Source: Paramecium tetraurelia (lineage: Eukaryota). From it: DNA of 64,000 nt. A program made the position numbers and the translations under genes. Under the pieces are notes generated by a model, which worked only from the letters and a program-made list of their open reading frames with translations, was not told where the DNA came from and searched no databases. The DNA lies in the NCBI GenBank assembly GCA_000165425.1, contig CT868141.1:124001-188000 (forward strand), read 5' to 3'. Below are positions 26,757-40,453 of the stretch, one piece after another (position 1 is the first letter of the stretch; the number at the start of each line of letters is the position of its first letter).

Positions 26757-27379
26757 AAATAAAAATTATTTTAAGAATTTTTATTCAGAAATAAAATTAG
26801 TGAAATGGAAATTATGAATTCTTTATTAAAGTATTCTTGTATTTGGTTATCGTATATTCAATCAGGTTTATAGTTTGAGGTATTTTATTTAATAACTTTC
26901 AATATCTTATTTATATATCTTATAATTGTTTGGCTCATTCTTTTTTGATGAATTTTTTGAATTGATTATGCTTCATATCTTAAATATTCTTATTGATTTC
27001 TTCTCCCATTATTCTTGGACATCCATAAAAGACATGAATTTAAAAATAAGGTAAGTTTAGAATCAGATCTTAGGCATAATTATTACAATTTTCTTTGATA
27101 AATTCATTTTATATATTAATTTTGATTATATTGCTTTCACAATATTGTTCTTAGTATATATTATTGATTACTTTCATAAAATTAATCAATACTTTTTAAT
27201 TTAATAAATATATTGGAGTTAGTTAAATTTAAAGATTTGTTTCCATGGTTTTAGATGAAAAATTTATGTGTAATTTGATTGTGCTCTATCATTCTGAATT
27301 AAATTTGTTTTTTTAAACAGCCTGTAATTTATTGAAAGAATAATTTATCGAATAATTAACTTTTATATTAATTATTTAG

Positions 27380-28694
27380 ATGTAATTAGACATAAGTTAT
27401 TTGAGACCTAAAAGTTAGTCATTTCCAAATAAGCACTCAAGTAACGTAATAAAATATAAAATCTAGAATTCTATATTAAATCTGGAACGGAAGGCATGAT
27501 AGTTAGAAACATTTACGAAAAAGTTGATTATGAAGAATATGAAATCAAATCGATTGATGATTTCAAAACAAAAATATAAGTACAGTTACCCGATTCATGG
27601 AAGACAAGTGATTATTTAAAAATGCTTATAATAGCAGATTTTTCCATCCAGGGTGCATTATAAGTAATTCAAAATATGTAATTAGAGAATTTATAAATTC
27701 ATCTAAGTTGGCTTAATTTATATTAAAACATGGAACCAAATATGGACTAATTGAAATGCGGAGAATTTTATATTTTCGGAATAGATAAGTAATCAAGGCC
27801 GGTCATAATAATAAAGCGCCTTGAGAATGAAAACTTTTAAACCTTTCAATATTTACTGGAAATAGTAAAGCGACAAGTGTTGATACCTTACTTCATTGAA
27901 AATTGGACAATCATTTATGATTGCTAAAATTAAGAGTACAATTTTTATGAAATTGACGTAAGCTATCTTAATAATTTAAGTTCGACTTTGATCACATAAA
28001 GGAGTTAATGATTAATTTTTGTGGAAATTTAAATAACCTTCTCATTGTGAATTCTAAATTAAATTTTTCATAAATTCTTAATTACTTACCAAACAGAAAT
28101 CAAATTCATTCAAAGATTAAACTAATAAACAATCTCGATAATTTACAATAATATATTTCGAAAGAATATTTAGAAGAAAAATATAATGGAGAATGCTCAA
28201 ATGTTACAACCTTCTGGTAAGGCATTTTAAATGATTTTAGGCCTCCTTAAATACCATAAGTTTCTGAATTGTTAAAATAATTCACATATGATTGTTACGA
28301 AGATTACTAATATGGATTAAGGAAACTTTAGGATTTTAAATGTAGAAATTTAAGAAAGTTTTCATCCTTGGGGAGGCTATCACATTAGCACTCAAAGTCA
28401 ACAAGTATGAAAAAATCAATAGAATCTGCTACATCTGCTAGCCACATAAAAATATTTGTTCATGAGGAAAATGGAAATGAACTTATACAGGAGGAGATTG
28501 AGGTTCTTAATAATAAAGGAGATTCTGAGGTTGATAATTTAGGAAAAGTTGGTATAGATTTATATAAAACTGAATCAGTTGGTTTATAATTATTAGAAGA
28601 GAACAATAAAGGTTAAATATAAGTAATCCTTGAGAATGAAAATGAAATTGAACACAAATGCTGCTCAGAGAAATTTAATTGTATGATATTCTGA
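27380..28694 (+). CDS. CRAL-TRIO/Sec14-like lipid-binding protein with C-terminal CaaX
   Basis: LPDSWKTSDYLKML, GEFYIFGIDKQSRPVIII, ENWTIIYD and LEEKYNGEC segments. Ends KCCSEKFNCMIF-TGA. Confidence 0.82.
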
Positions 28695-28934
28695 TTAATT
28701 ATATACTTATTATTCAATTTAATTTATGATTTAAATCTACTAAGTAAATTAAAGAATGTAATTATTCTTCTATTTAAAGTTGAGAATTAATAACAATGAT
28801 TAAATTGATAATGTATCCAATTTATTATAGATTGTGAAATGCTAGTACTTAAATACTAATAAAATAATTATAGATGAGAGAATGCAACTTTCATTTAATT
28901 ATTTATTTTCCAATATTTCTATAATTTTATAAAA

Positions 28935-30191
28935 ATGGAAGATGAACTAATATGGTATTATGTCGATACAAGTGAGCAAGAAACAGAGAAACAAACTAAA
29001 GGGCCAATATCAATAAGAGATATCGATGTTATGTTAAGAACTAGCATTATTACATCACGTAATTAATGATCTTAACATTAGATACCTATGTTTATAAAGA
29101 AGGATTCACAGATTGGAAACCAATTTTCTTAGTAGAAGAATTAAAGAGTTTTTTAGATGAGCAAGAGCACGAAATGTTTTAAATCACTTGTGGCAAAGAA
29201 ATAAAATCAGAAGATTAATAAGCATAACAATTATAGTAATAGAATGAAAAGGATAATGAGGCGCCGGTTGAAGAATTGGAGGATGAAGAATCATTTGAAT
29301 AATTGAATGATGAGTAGAGAATGGAAATTTTGAAAAAGAAAATAGAAAAGAATAGGAAGAAATCGCAAAAGGAAAAAGAAAAAAAAAAGAATTAATGGTA
29401 CACACCCAAAATAAATACAAATGTATATGTTGAAGGATTACCTTAAGATATAACTATGGAAGAGATGAAAGTCTTCTTTAGCAAAGCAGGAATAATTAGA
29501 ATCAATCCAGAAACTTTACAACCTACGATTAAAATATATAGAGATTAAAATGGAAATTGTAAAGGTGATGGATTGATATCATATAAAATGGTTGAAAGCG
29601 TATAGACTGCAAGAGAAATGTTAGATGGACTTCATATTAGGCCAGATGTAATTGTCAAAGTAACAGAAGCAGTTTTTGAATAGAAAGGATAATATCGTAA
29701 AAGGGAAAATAAAAAGGTCGATAAACTTTAAAAGGCATTGGCTAGACAGAAAGAAATGACATAGATGGCAGAGGAAGGGTAGGAAGATGATGGAAAAGGA
29801 TTAAAAATACTAATATTCAAAAATTTATATAGTCCTACATAAGCTTAAAATCCAGAATTTATGAACTAATTATATGGTGAATTGTTGTTGAAAATAGAGT
29901 CTCTGTAAATCTTTGTCCAAAAGTTAGAGTTTTTTAAAGATCATCCTTAAGGTAATAATTACAATATGTTTAGGTGTGTGTAAGGTGAGATTTCACTCTT
30001 CTTATGATGCTGAGATTTGTTTAACAAGCCTAAGTGGAATTGAATTTAATGGTAGAAAAATTCATATTTAATATTGGGATGGGAAGGAAAATTTCAAATC
30101 TAATATCGAGAGTAAGGAAGTTGAAGAGCAGAGACTAGAAGAATTCGGTCAATGGTTAGAGGGATAGGAGGATAGTGATAAGGATGAATGA
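28935..30191 (+). CDS. HTATSF1: Tat-SF1/Cus2 U2 snRNP splicing factor with N-terminal GYF_2 domain
   Basis: NTNVYVEGLPQDIT...IKIYRDQNGNCKGDGLISY RRM and a second UHM-type RRM ending FNGRKIHIQYWDG. N-terminal WYY...GP...TYVYKEGFTDWKP. Confidence 0.92.
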
Positions 30192-30276
30192 AATGAGAAA
30201 AATGAATGAGTGTATGATAATTGAAATTTATTTATTTAACTCCTAAATTTTTTAATAATTTGATTTTGAATAAGGA

Positions 30277-31955
30277 ATGAATAGAGAAAATGCAAACTAA
30301 TATCGATCACCTTAACAAATACCATCTTCAAAAAAACCCAACATGGAAAATTTACAACCCCATAGAAACACTAATGAATTTATTAAATAGATGAAAAAAA
30401 GAGTAGATCAACCACCTCTTAGTGTTGTGTCTTAAAACTCTTAAATATAAGATGCATAATCAATTTTTATAGATGTTTCAAGGATTGAACAATAGTCTAA
30501 CCATTCAAATAACAGTTTCTTGGACCCCTTAAAATAACCTATATTACCATAATGTCATAGATCAAATCAACCTTCCAATTGCACTACATAAAGAACAAAC
30601 AGGTATGAAATGCAGAGAAATAGCAAGCCCTATTTAGATCAAACAGACAATATGGGATTATTATTGATTTAACAACAAATGCTATAATTGTAAAATGAAA
30701 ACATGATTTTAAAATAGCAATTAGAGAAGCAGGAGAGTTAAAGATTACTGTTTTAATAATAATTGCTTTAACAATTCTAGTCCTAGCAATAACAATAATA
30801 ATAACAACCAATAGTTATTAATAATAATATAACGTAGTCTGAAAAGCAATTATAATAATAATAATAGTCAAAGTCTATTCCTCCTCAAAACAATTAAGAA
30901 GAAACAGAATCTCCTCCAAAGAAAATACAACGTAAAAAGCAGCAATCACAAGCTATTTAAACTGATAAATCCGTTTAAGATTAATCAATTATAAACATTA
31001 ATGAATCGTATCATAATTAATCCCTATGTAATAAACCAAAGCAAATATCATAATAGCAACAAATCAAATCTCACCAACAAGAAAAGCATAGTGTAGAATC
31101 TCTAACATTTGGTACTTAATTATCTCAAAGAAATTTGATATCTTAATAATCCTAATAAGAATTGCAAATCTAAACTCATGAATCCTAAAGCAAAAATTAA
31201 AGTTATCAACAAATTAATACAAATTCAATTGAGTTCTAAATAGACAATGAATAGAGAGATGTCTAAAATCAAAATAAAAAGGATGTTTAAAGAAAATATT
31301 CATAAATTGACTTAATTAATTCTTCTGTTTAGTAAGATAAAACTTACAGTATACATAATCCAGAAGTACGAAAACAGTCTCAACCAAGTGTTAAATTAGA
31401 ATTTAATTTTGAAGATGGAACAAATGAATTAAGTAAAAAGTGTCTCGCAGATTATTTCTCATAAAGAAAGAAAACAGCCAATGTCGAAAGAAGAGTTTCA
31501 GTTTAGATGCCAATATAAGAGGAGGATTAGAGTTGGATAGTGAATGTTAAATAAAGAAGTAAGGAAGAATAGATCAAATTGAGAAAAGAAATGATGGAAT
31601 ATGGAAGAAGTAAAAGATAACAAAATAAAAGTCAAACTCCAATAAACGAAGACAAAAACAGTGGCCAAAAAGAATAAGTCAAGAGAGTGAAAAGTCCATT
31701 GATGGAAAGATTAGCCATGGGATAAAAGGCAAAAGTAATTTTGAACTTATTTAGGTTGAAGAAAAGGAGATGTTTGCATTAACAAAAAAAAATTATGAAA
31801 ATTTACCTGAAGTAAAAAGCAAGAAGACTTAAGAGGAAGTTAACAAATAAAAGTAGCTTTTCATGAAAGAAAGATAAAATAAATTAAAAGAATTGGATGA
31901 TGTAATAATTTTGTATTAATCTTAGAAAATTAAAGAAAAAATGAAAAAGGCATGA
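30277..31955 (+). CDS. Low-complexity Q-rich protein with C-terminal ALMS-like motif
   Basis: Long disordered Q/N/S-rich frame. C-terminal KEMFALTKKNYENLPEVKSKK resembles the ALMS motif. 2 introns near the 3' end. Confidence 0.78.
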
Positions 31956-32005
31956 ATTGATAGTTAATAAATTTTCTATAAGTCTACTATATCTATATAT
32001 ATATA

Positions 32006-33500
32006 TCATAATTTTGGAATATATCCTATTTGCGGGAGTTCTCTTAGTGTGCATAGAGTTCTAATTTCAGAGGCTAATTTAATTTCTTGTTTGAGTTTAT
32101 CTTTTGAGGTCTGAGACAGGTTTCTAAATATATTTCTAAATTTATTACCCTTGTTGTGCTAGATCTTAAAATACTGGTTAATATGGGAAAATGGGAGTAA
32201 TATAGGATAAATCACAAATCACACCTTCAACCGAATGGCAAATATTAAAGGAAATAATCCCCAATAATTATCCATATTAATTATAAAGTCCCCCTCCACT
32301 ATAACCATTATGAATGAAACAATCTGTTACAATTGACACCATCTAATTGAATTAGTCATAAATTATTTTAATAACCGACCCCTTGGATATGCAAGGCTTG
32401 TATTAAAATAGAGTATATAAATACCCGACAGCGTAAACTGTAGATCCTACTGCAGGAACTTCTGAAAATATAACCCCATCCTCTATATTTAAACCTTATG
32501 ATATATAATTCGTTGCTTTTCCTAAAGAAAAATCCATATTATTTGAAGTGTCCTCCAAGATGTACGCCTCATGTTATTCTTCTCCAATGAATAACTTTGA
32601 GCCCTTCAAATTATTTGACAAGACATGGTTGGCTGTTAATATATAGCTTTATTTATTTAATTGATCATTTACTAAGATGCCACTTCCAAATTAACCAGCC
32701 CCTTAGGATATGTATTTTGTTGCATTTAGTATTTAATTTATGAAATCAGATCTGAAATAAGGAGGACTGAGTTAAGGGGAATTTTTATTAAAAATTGAGT
32801 TGATAGTTACCCAATTAACGCAAAATGTAAAATATCTATGATTTAATCTTGCAATTTTAATGTTTTAAAGTAGAATCCCTATATACTCTCCTTTAGAATT
32901 AAATATAGCTCCACCTTCTTGTCCTATTTAACTGACCAATCCCAACATTATAAGCTATTTTTATTGATTTTAATTTGTAAATATTTATGAGACATATCCC
33001 TTTCGACAATATTACTTCTGCATCACTTTACCTTTCAAAAAGGGAGATTAATTTATTGTTAAGACTTCCTACCCTTATGACAAAAGTGAGCTGCAATATT
33101 TTTATATGTATTTGATATCATTTGTGTTAGGAATTTCAAAATACATAATAAACCCCAATTCTATTTCGATAAAGCAATTGTTTAATTTCTCCGCAATCCA
33201 ATCATCGAAATTTAGACAAATTAGATTTAATTTTATCTCCTTATCCTCTTATTACAATAAGCTAAATTTAATATGCTAATTTATTAAATTAATATTATAG
33301 GAATTTATGGCCTAAGCGAATTTGGCAATCACATAACCTGTTGAAACTATCAGATTATGATTTTCTTAAAATTTGTGAAAAGTGCAATTTTATTAATGAA
33401 ATGTTTTCGATTAAGTGCCTATAGGATCTAAACTCTGAAGGACACTAAGGAATTTTGGATGTTAGGATTTAATTCTAATTATTCCTCCGCATTATTCCAT
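32006..33500 (-). CDS. Trypsin-like serine protease, DEG15/TYSND1-like, with PTS1-like C-terminus
   Basis: Degenerate first protease domain (GQEGGAIFN). Second domain has FGSGILV, ILTANHV and IHNGYSGGGLYN. Ends DIPKL-TGA. Confidence 0.85.
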
Positions 33501-33657
33501 TAGAGATATAATATAAAAATTATTAATTAATTTAGTTAATTAGAAATATTATCTAAAAATGAAATGCAAGAAAATAAGTACCGTTTTTATTTTTTATTTT
33601 GTATTAATTTAATAGAATTTATGAAACATATAGTTTACTTATAATTTCAAATTTATA

Positions 33658-36600
33658 TCAATTCTTTGGATAATGTTATTTGGCAGATTGTTTGTCTTAA
33701 TGAATAGTTTTTTTTCGTTTATAGTGATTATATTATCTAATATTGTTTAGCTTTTCAGCTTAATCTTTTTCTATCTAACTATATCGTGTTAAGGATGCTT
33801 CCATTGACAATATATTTAGCTATCATTTATATTCTAGATATACATCAAAACTAATTTTTTGTAGTTGAGATATCTAAAATTCAAATAGTGGAGACTTTTC
33901 TGAAAAATTTTGATCAATATAACTTTGGATCTTCAATAGTTTTCCAAGATCTAACTTCATTTTTAGTTTTTTTGGTATTATCTTAAAATTATCCTTATAT
34001 TGCCATCCACTCAATCCCAAAAGCTGTTCAAATGAAGGCGCATACATCTCAATATCAAAGCTTTCTAAAATTTAATAAAATCTAAAATTACCTGCATTTA
34101 ACAAATTTCCTTTAACAAGTGTTGAGTCATTAGATTAACCACTGATTTCATAATCAACTCGAACAAAAAGAAAATTACCTTTTATTTCCGTAACAAAGAT
34201 ATCCTGCAATTCTAATTTATTATCAATTGTTTTTGAAAATTTATCTTCATAATCAATCAATAATTTTTAATTTAAGATGTCAGTTTTCTAGTCAAATATA
34301 TCTGGTATTTTTGAGAATATCTTACCTTTTCTAATCTTTAAGTCTGCTTAATCAAACATTATTTTAATTAGATTTTTATCTGAAGAGGATTGTGGAATAA
34401 TGATCTAAGAATTTTTAATCAATATTTAATAATTGAATTATTCTTTATTTAACTCAAAATTTTCTTATTGCTTTAATTGCAATTAGAGTTCAAAGTCATT
34501 TTAATAGCGTTCAGCCAAATCTTATTTATTTTTTTCCAAAATTCTTTCAATTTATAATTTAAATGCATATAACTCATTTAGATATCTTGATATCATATAA
34601 AATTAGATATTTTCAATATGAATGATATTGTTCTCCAAAGATATTTTCATTTCATTTTATCCATTTTATTATATTAAATTTGGGTATTGCCCATATTCCC
34701 CCTTACAATATTAAGGCTTTAATTCAATTTATTTGATTGAAAGTTCCAATTCTTGATTAAATCTCTTTTTCATTTAAATCTAAAAGAAATTCAACTCAAA
34801 AAAATCACTCTCCTTTTCTTGAAGTGAAATCTACAAGTCTTCAATTTTAAGATCTAAGAATAAGTTGAGTGACGATTAATTAGATCTATCATCCTTAATA
34901 TACAAATTTACAATTTAAGGTTGCTCCAAACCTAAAATTTCTAATTCTTGTAAAAAGATGTATTTTATTAAGTGCTGTCTTAGTGAAATAGATTCCTCAA
35001 TATTGATGAGATAAAAACTATTAATTGCAATAAGTAAATCTTATACTCTCTTTTAGGATAATAAAATTTAGCCTTATTGAATTTACAAATTAACTTTTGG
35101 GTTAAGATTTTGAAATTCTAGAGTTATTGATATTGCAACAGGCTTATCAACCTTTCTATTATTCTCTTACTGGAAATTTGATTTATTTATTGTCTGTTTG
35201 TCTTTTTTTGGCATAGTTAATAAATTTTCTCTCTGTTTTGTGTTATTATTAATAATACTTATAGAAATGTCTTCAACTTAAAATTATAATGCATCAGATA
35301 ATTTTGAAATATGAAGTAGTCTCATATCCACAATACTCACTTAATTAAAGCTAAACATAATGGAATGACACTTCATAATAAGTAAATCATCAAATTAAAA
35401 TACTTAAGTTTGGTTTGTTTTTAATTTTGAATGGCTTTCTAGCATTGAAAGACTAGAATTTTTGTTATGCACACTTGTTTTAATGGGATTTAGAACTACA
35501 TTCAATAATTCTATATTGAGCATAATCTTTAGCATCTGTAATTTAAAAAAGGATTCGTTGGATTTTAAATATATTTATTGAATGCTAGCTGAAACAATCA
35601 TATCGTCTAAGAGCTTAATGGGGGTTTCTTTTAGTTTATTACTTAAAACTTAGTCATCAATACTGGTAAAATAATAAACATTGTCATGTACTTTTTAGAT
35701 AATTGATGAAATTTTATTGATATTCTTAAAAGTTGTTAAAATGTTGCAAGCAGCATATTAATTTTAAAAAATAGCCTTGATAGTTTACAAAGAGAAAAAT
35801 AATTTCGTTTTTGAATTTTTATCATTTCTGAAATAAATGTCTCTGCTTTAAATTAATTCACTTCTTATTGGTTTATTATAGTACAATAAAATATATAGAG
35901 ATTGATCTGGTTGTTTGATAAGATTTTCATCTGATTATAAAATAATGTCTCCTTGTTTGTCGTCTAGATCTTAAAGACTGATTTCAGACTTAAACATATC
36001 TTTTTCGTTGTTTCTACAATAAAAGATGAATTTATCATCAAGCTTTTACCAAAATGTTTGTTGATCCTTTACCTTATAACCAGGGTCTATCAAAATATAA
36101 TTTGTTTCCCTTCTCAGTCTTTCAGGTATATTGGATTAGCCAGATTCCCTTTTAGAAGGAGGTCGAAACTTTGAAAATAAATTATCTCCCAAATTGTGTT
36201 TTTCAAATTAGTTTCCTGAGCTGTCAATTTCCTAATCTAACTTTTAGGCGCTCCTGACTATGGCTCCATTATCTTTGAACTTAGAGGCTGAGCAATGAAT
36301 CATAAGATTATCTTTAAAATATCCGACATCCCTGGTAATAATAAAAATTGGGAAGGCAATAATGGATTTGTAATATCCATGATTAGTTCCCTTGGGAGTG
36401 CTCTAGAATGTAATTTTTATTCCTTGACCCTTTTTTGTTGGTTGAAGATCTTCCAGTTTGCCAAACTTTGCACATTCTTAATTTAATATGTGAAACCATG
36501 AGTTTATGGATGGTGAATTATTTATATTTTCGATTCTTCCAAATAGAATATTTAGCAACTTAATAGTTTTCCTGTATTTGAGTATACAATGTTTACAATC

Positions 36601-39600
36601 AGAACTTTGTTCTTTGTGATCATGAAATAAAGTGTCCAGTTCTGCCTTTAATAGACTGTCCTATCCTATTCTTGTCTTTTGTAGAGGTAGAGTGGAAAAT
36701 TCAACATTATTTTTTAAGATCAAAAGGAACTCTATAAAACATGTGAATGAATCATTGACTTTTAAATTGAATGAAGGTATTTGGATATATAATTTCTGAT
36801 CAGTTAGCAAGGCATGATTTTCAATATTAGAAATTAATTAAAGAGCTACTATTTAGGTTTTAAGAATAGTTTATTTTATTCCTTTTATGTGAAATTTACT
36901 ATCCCTTGGCTTTTTAGGTTACTACTAGTTTTATTATTAGGACTGTGCTTAAGAAGTCTGCTTAGCAGTTTTGTAAAGCTATCTAACATCAATACTCTTG
37001 GAAGTTTATTTTGAAAATTATTCAGATGATGGTTAGTTGGTATTTTATTTACTGATTGGTTATTTGATATTGGACAATGGAGTTTTTTTATCATCTTAAT
37101 GGTATTCTTTTTCATAAGATTTAAGTTCCTCGTTTTTGGACTTATAATCAGGGGAGTAATACTTATGAGCTATTTTAAATTAAGCAATTGACAGCTTTAA
37201 GGCTGAGTAAAACTTATAGTGTTATTGAAAGAGAGTTTACTCATTCTTATTTTATACAAGAGAGAATAAATCATCAATTTTTGTGGTTGTAAAAGTCATA
37301 CTTTTGATCTAAAATTTTAATTCAGTTTTAATTAAATTTGATATTTGATCAGATACAATTCTTACCTTAAGTTTATCTTTTAATTAGGCTAAAAATTTGA
37401 TTTAATGGATTCTATAATGTTCTTATGCTAATGGCTTTGATTTTAAGATGCATTCTAATAGTTTATGATCTTGTGAGACATAAAATTATCTTTGATTCAT
37501 CAACCTAGAATCTAAGCCTTTGGAAAAATCTAATAAGGATATCAAACTTTTAGTAGATAGGAAAAGTGAAAATCGTTAAAAATGAATAGTAATGTGTTGA
37601 TTGGATTATTCATCCATGGATTGCTGAGTTGAAATCTTCTTCCTTTTTTCACTGTTTGGGGATATTTTATATTCTGACTTTTGACCTTCTAGATATAGTG
37701 ATATTACTAAATTGTGAGATGTGCTTTCAGTTGAATAGGTCAATTTATCTTTAAGATTAATGATACACAATGGGAATATCTTATCACCAAATTCTTCAAT
37801 AAATGATGCAAATAAAGATTTCTTAATGATATCAATTAATTTATTATGAACTTCTTGTAAGAATCGATGTTTATTTGAGCAAGTTTGCCAATATTATTCA
37901 TTTTCCCCCATTGCTTGGTTTTATTTATCCTAATTTTGCATTGCTGCTTACTTTAACAATGCCCATCTATTTTCGTTTTTCTAATGTTTAATAACATGCA
38001 ATAACATAGAGTCATCGATTTCATCTTTTTCCTCTTTGTCATTATATATGAAGTATTTATCATAGCTTTTAAATTGATCTTAGGCAAAATCTTGAAAGGC
38101 ATGCTTATCATTTTCATAATCAATCAAAAAACATTTTATATTATTCATTTGATTCTGAACCAAAAATTCACATAAAGTTTAAAAACATATTTCGCTACTT
38201 GAAAAATATTACTAATCCTTTGTAACTGATACTTCAAATATATCATTTACAAACTCAGATAACTTTGCTCTAGTAAAGTTTTTAGTTTAATTTTACTATT
38301 TTCCTTGTGATTTGGAATCATCCCATTTATTATTTTTTCTTTCAAATAAGGGAGACTATCTATCTGCTTGATCTTCGGAATCTGCTGTTTCCTCCATTAG
38401 TTTTGGCATCATTCCTGGAGATAACATTTTGATTTCTCCAACAATGATTGCCTTACCTTCCTTCTCATTAGTTTTGATTCTTCCATTTTAATAAATAGAA
38501 ATAGGTATTTTAATTCCTATCATACTCATAATGAGGATTAGCTTATTGCTTTTATTCGATTCCATATTATATTTGGTTAATGAATTATTATTTTTTTAAT
38601 CTTAACTTGATACAAGAGAAGATTAAGAGTCATCTTTATTAAGATCTTCCATATCTTCAAAAAAACTATCTATTTCTTTAGCAGTATGAAAGGATCCTTC
38701 GTCATTCCCCTTCTGAGTTTGTTTAATAACTTCTGATATTGAGTAACTTTGACTAAATTATGAACTCTTTTTTTTATCTTATTATGGTCTTTTAATTAAT
38801 TGAATGCATCTTTTGCATTAGCAAGAAGAGAATATTTTTGTGTTTTTAGGGCAATAAGCAGCAACATTTGGAGGACGGTTTTCTAAGATTATCAAAAAAA
38901 TGGAATGAATATTTATTGAAATCCATGTTTTAACTTAATCAGGATCATTGTTTTAGCCTTTTAAATAACTAGAAAGTACTTGTGTTTTATCTCTCTCAAG
39001 GATTTCATATAAGTTAATTTTTTCATCATCCTCCAATTCAATAGGAATATCATCATCCCTTTTTTTCTAATCTTTAAAAGAATTCTGATTATTTATGGTA
39101 TTTGTCCATATTTCCAATACAGGCTTTACACTCTATTGATTTTATCCATCTTTTGAAGAATGATAATACCGTTTGGCTTCAATTCTAATTTCTTAGAATG
39201 CCCATTCCCTGTATTTTAATAAATCCTTCAGAGACATTTGCTCCTCGCATTTCTTAAATTTGGTTTCATCCTATATAGTCCAACTTGTTAACCAAGGAAC
39301 CAATATTATAGTCTGCTTCCTCTTATACAATTCAATGTATCTCTTCATCAATACTAATCTTCTTGAGCTGTAACCTAAGTCCAATTTGTGATTCTTTTGA
39401 TTTTGCATAACAGCATTGATCAAGTATTTCCACCATTCAGAATAATTAGCTTTGACTTCGCATTTTGGGCGGAAATGGAAATTATCTTAAACAATTTCTA
39501 AATTTTATAGTACTTCATTTAATTTCACTAAATAATTCTTTGATTCCTTATTGATTTAAAATATGATAGGGTTATCAACTGTAACCTCTATGCTTTAAAT

Positions 39601-40395
39601 AGGTTATGACAGCTCTTCTTAATTCTTGTACATGGTTAATTTTACTGTGATATCAATAGAACTCAGTAGATGCTATTCTTCCTTCTTCTTTGGAATTTTC
39701 AAATAAGTGATCCCAAGTTTCTTAATTTCTATTAATTTGTAGATGCAATTTAAATCGCTATTAAATTTTTGCTGAAACTATTTGTCAGTAGCCTTTATAT
39801 TGATATCTGCCTTTATTTTTAATTAAGTCTCGTAACCAAAAATTGAGAAATTATAAAATCTTAAGAAGAATGATTTCACCTAAACTGACATATTATTGTA
39901 AATTCCATCAACTATCTTTTGTATCCAATTGGGCGGAGATAATTATTCAAAATATTTCGCCATTTATTCCTCCCAAATTTTTAATTTGTGCTTCTTCAAA
40001 TTCTCTACTCCTTATTATGATTGTTATTCTTTATTTGACACAAATTAGTTGGCTTCTTAAATTGTGCACACCTATAAGTCTATCCCTTCAATTATCATTT
40101 CTGGCTATTAGGATTTATAGTTCAAAGGCATCTAGAATAGTAGTACTTAATACATTTATAGTTATTGAATTTATCTTTCCATCAATGATATACATAGGGA
40201 ATGAAAAATTCAGTAAGGCTTATTTCTTAATTTACAAATTCTTTAGGATGATGTTTGATGAAATTCCCAAAGAAAACTATGATATTTAGCTTAACTTTAT
40301 ACTTTAGCCATATTATTTTGGGAGAAATCTTGCAAGTATTCCAATAAGTATGATTAAAGTCTTTTCACAAAATATTCTTCAATTTCTTTAGCCAT
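33658..40395 (-). CDS. Chorein-N / VPS13-family bridge-like lipid transfer protein (about 2200 aa)
   Basis: N-terminal LQSYLLEYLQDF...IILKNLQIKKQAL...P...IDGKINSITI chorein pattern, plus EWWKYLINAV and YIELYKRK VPS13-type motifs. The 3' end assumes a 24-nt intron at 33820-33843. Confidence 0.82.
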
Positions 40396-40453
40396 GTCAA
40401 TAATAATAATAAATAATTATATATATTAAACATACATATTGATCAATATTTCA

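Noticed and set aside
33480..33720. Apparent in-frame read-through fusing the VPS13-like gene to the downstream protease
   Set aside because: That stop-free frame is not the VPS13 frame. The real frame ends at a TGA (33823 unspliced, 33658 spliced).
39843..40289. Hydrophobic ORF-track entries such as 39843..40289, 15318..15602, 55059..55454 and 57094..57408
   Set aside because: They are antisense shadows of real opposite-strand genes under code 6.
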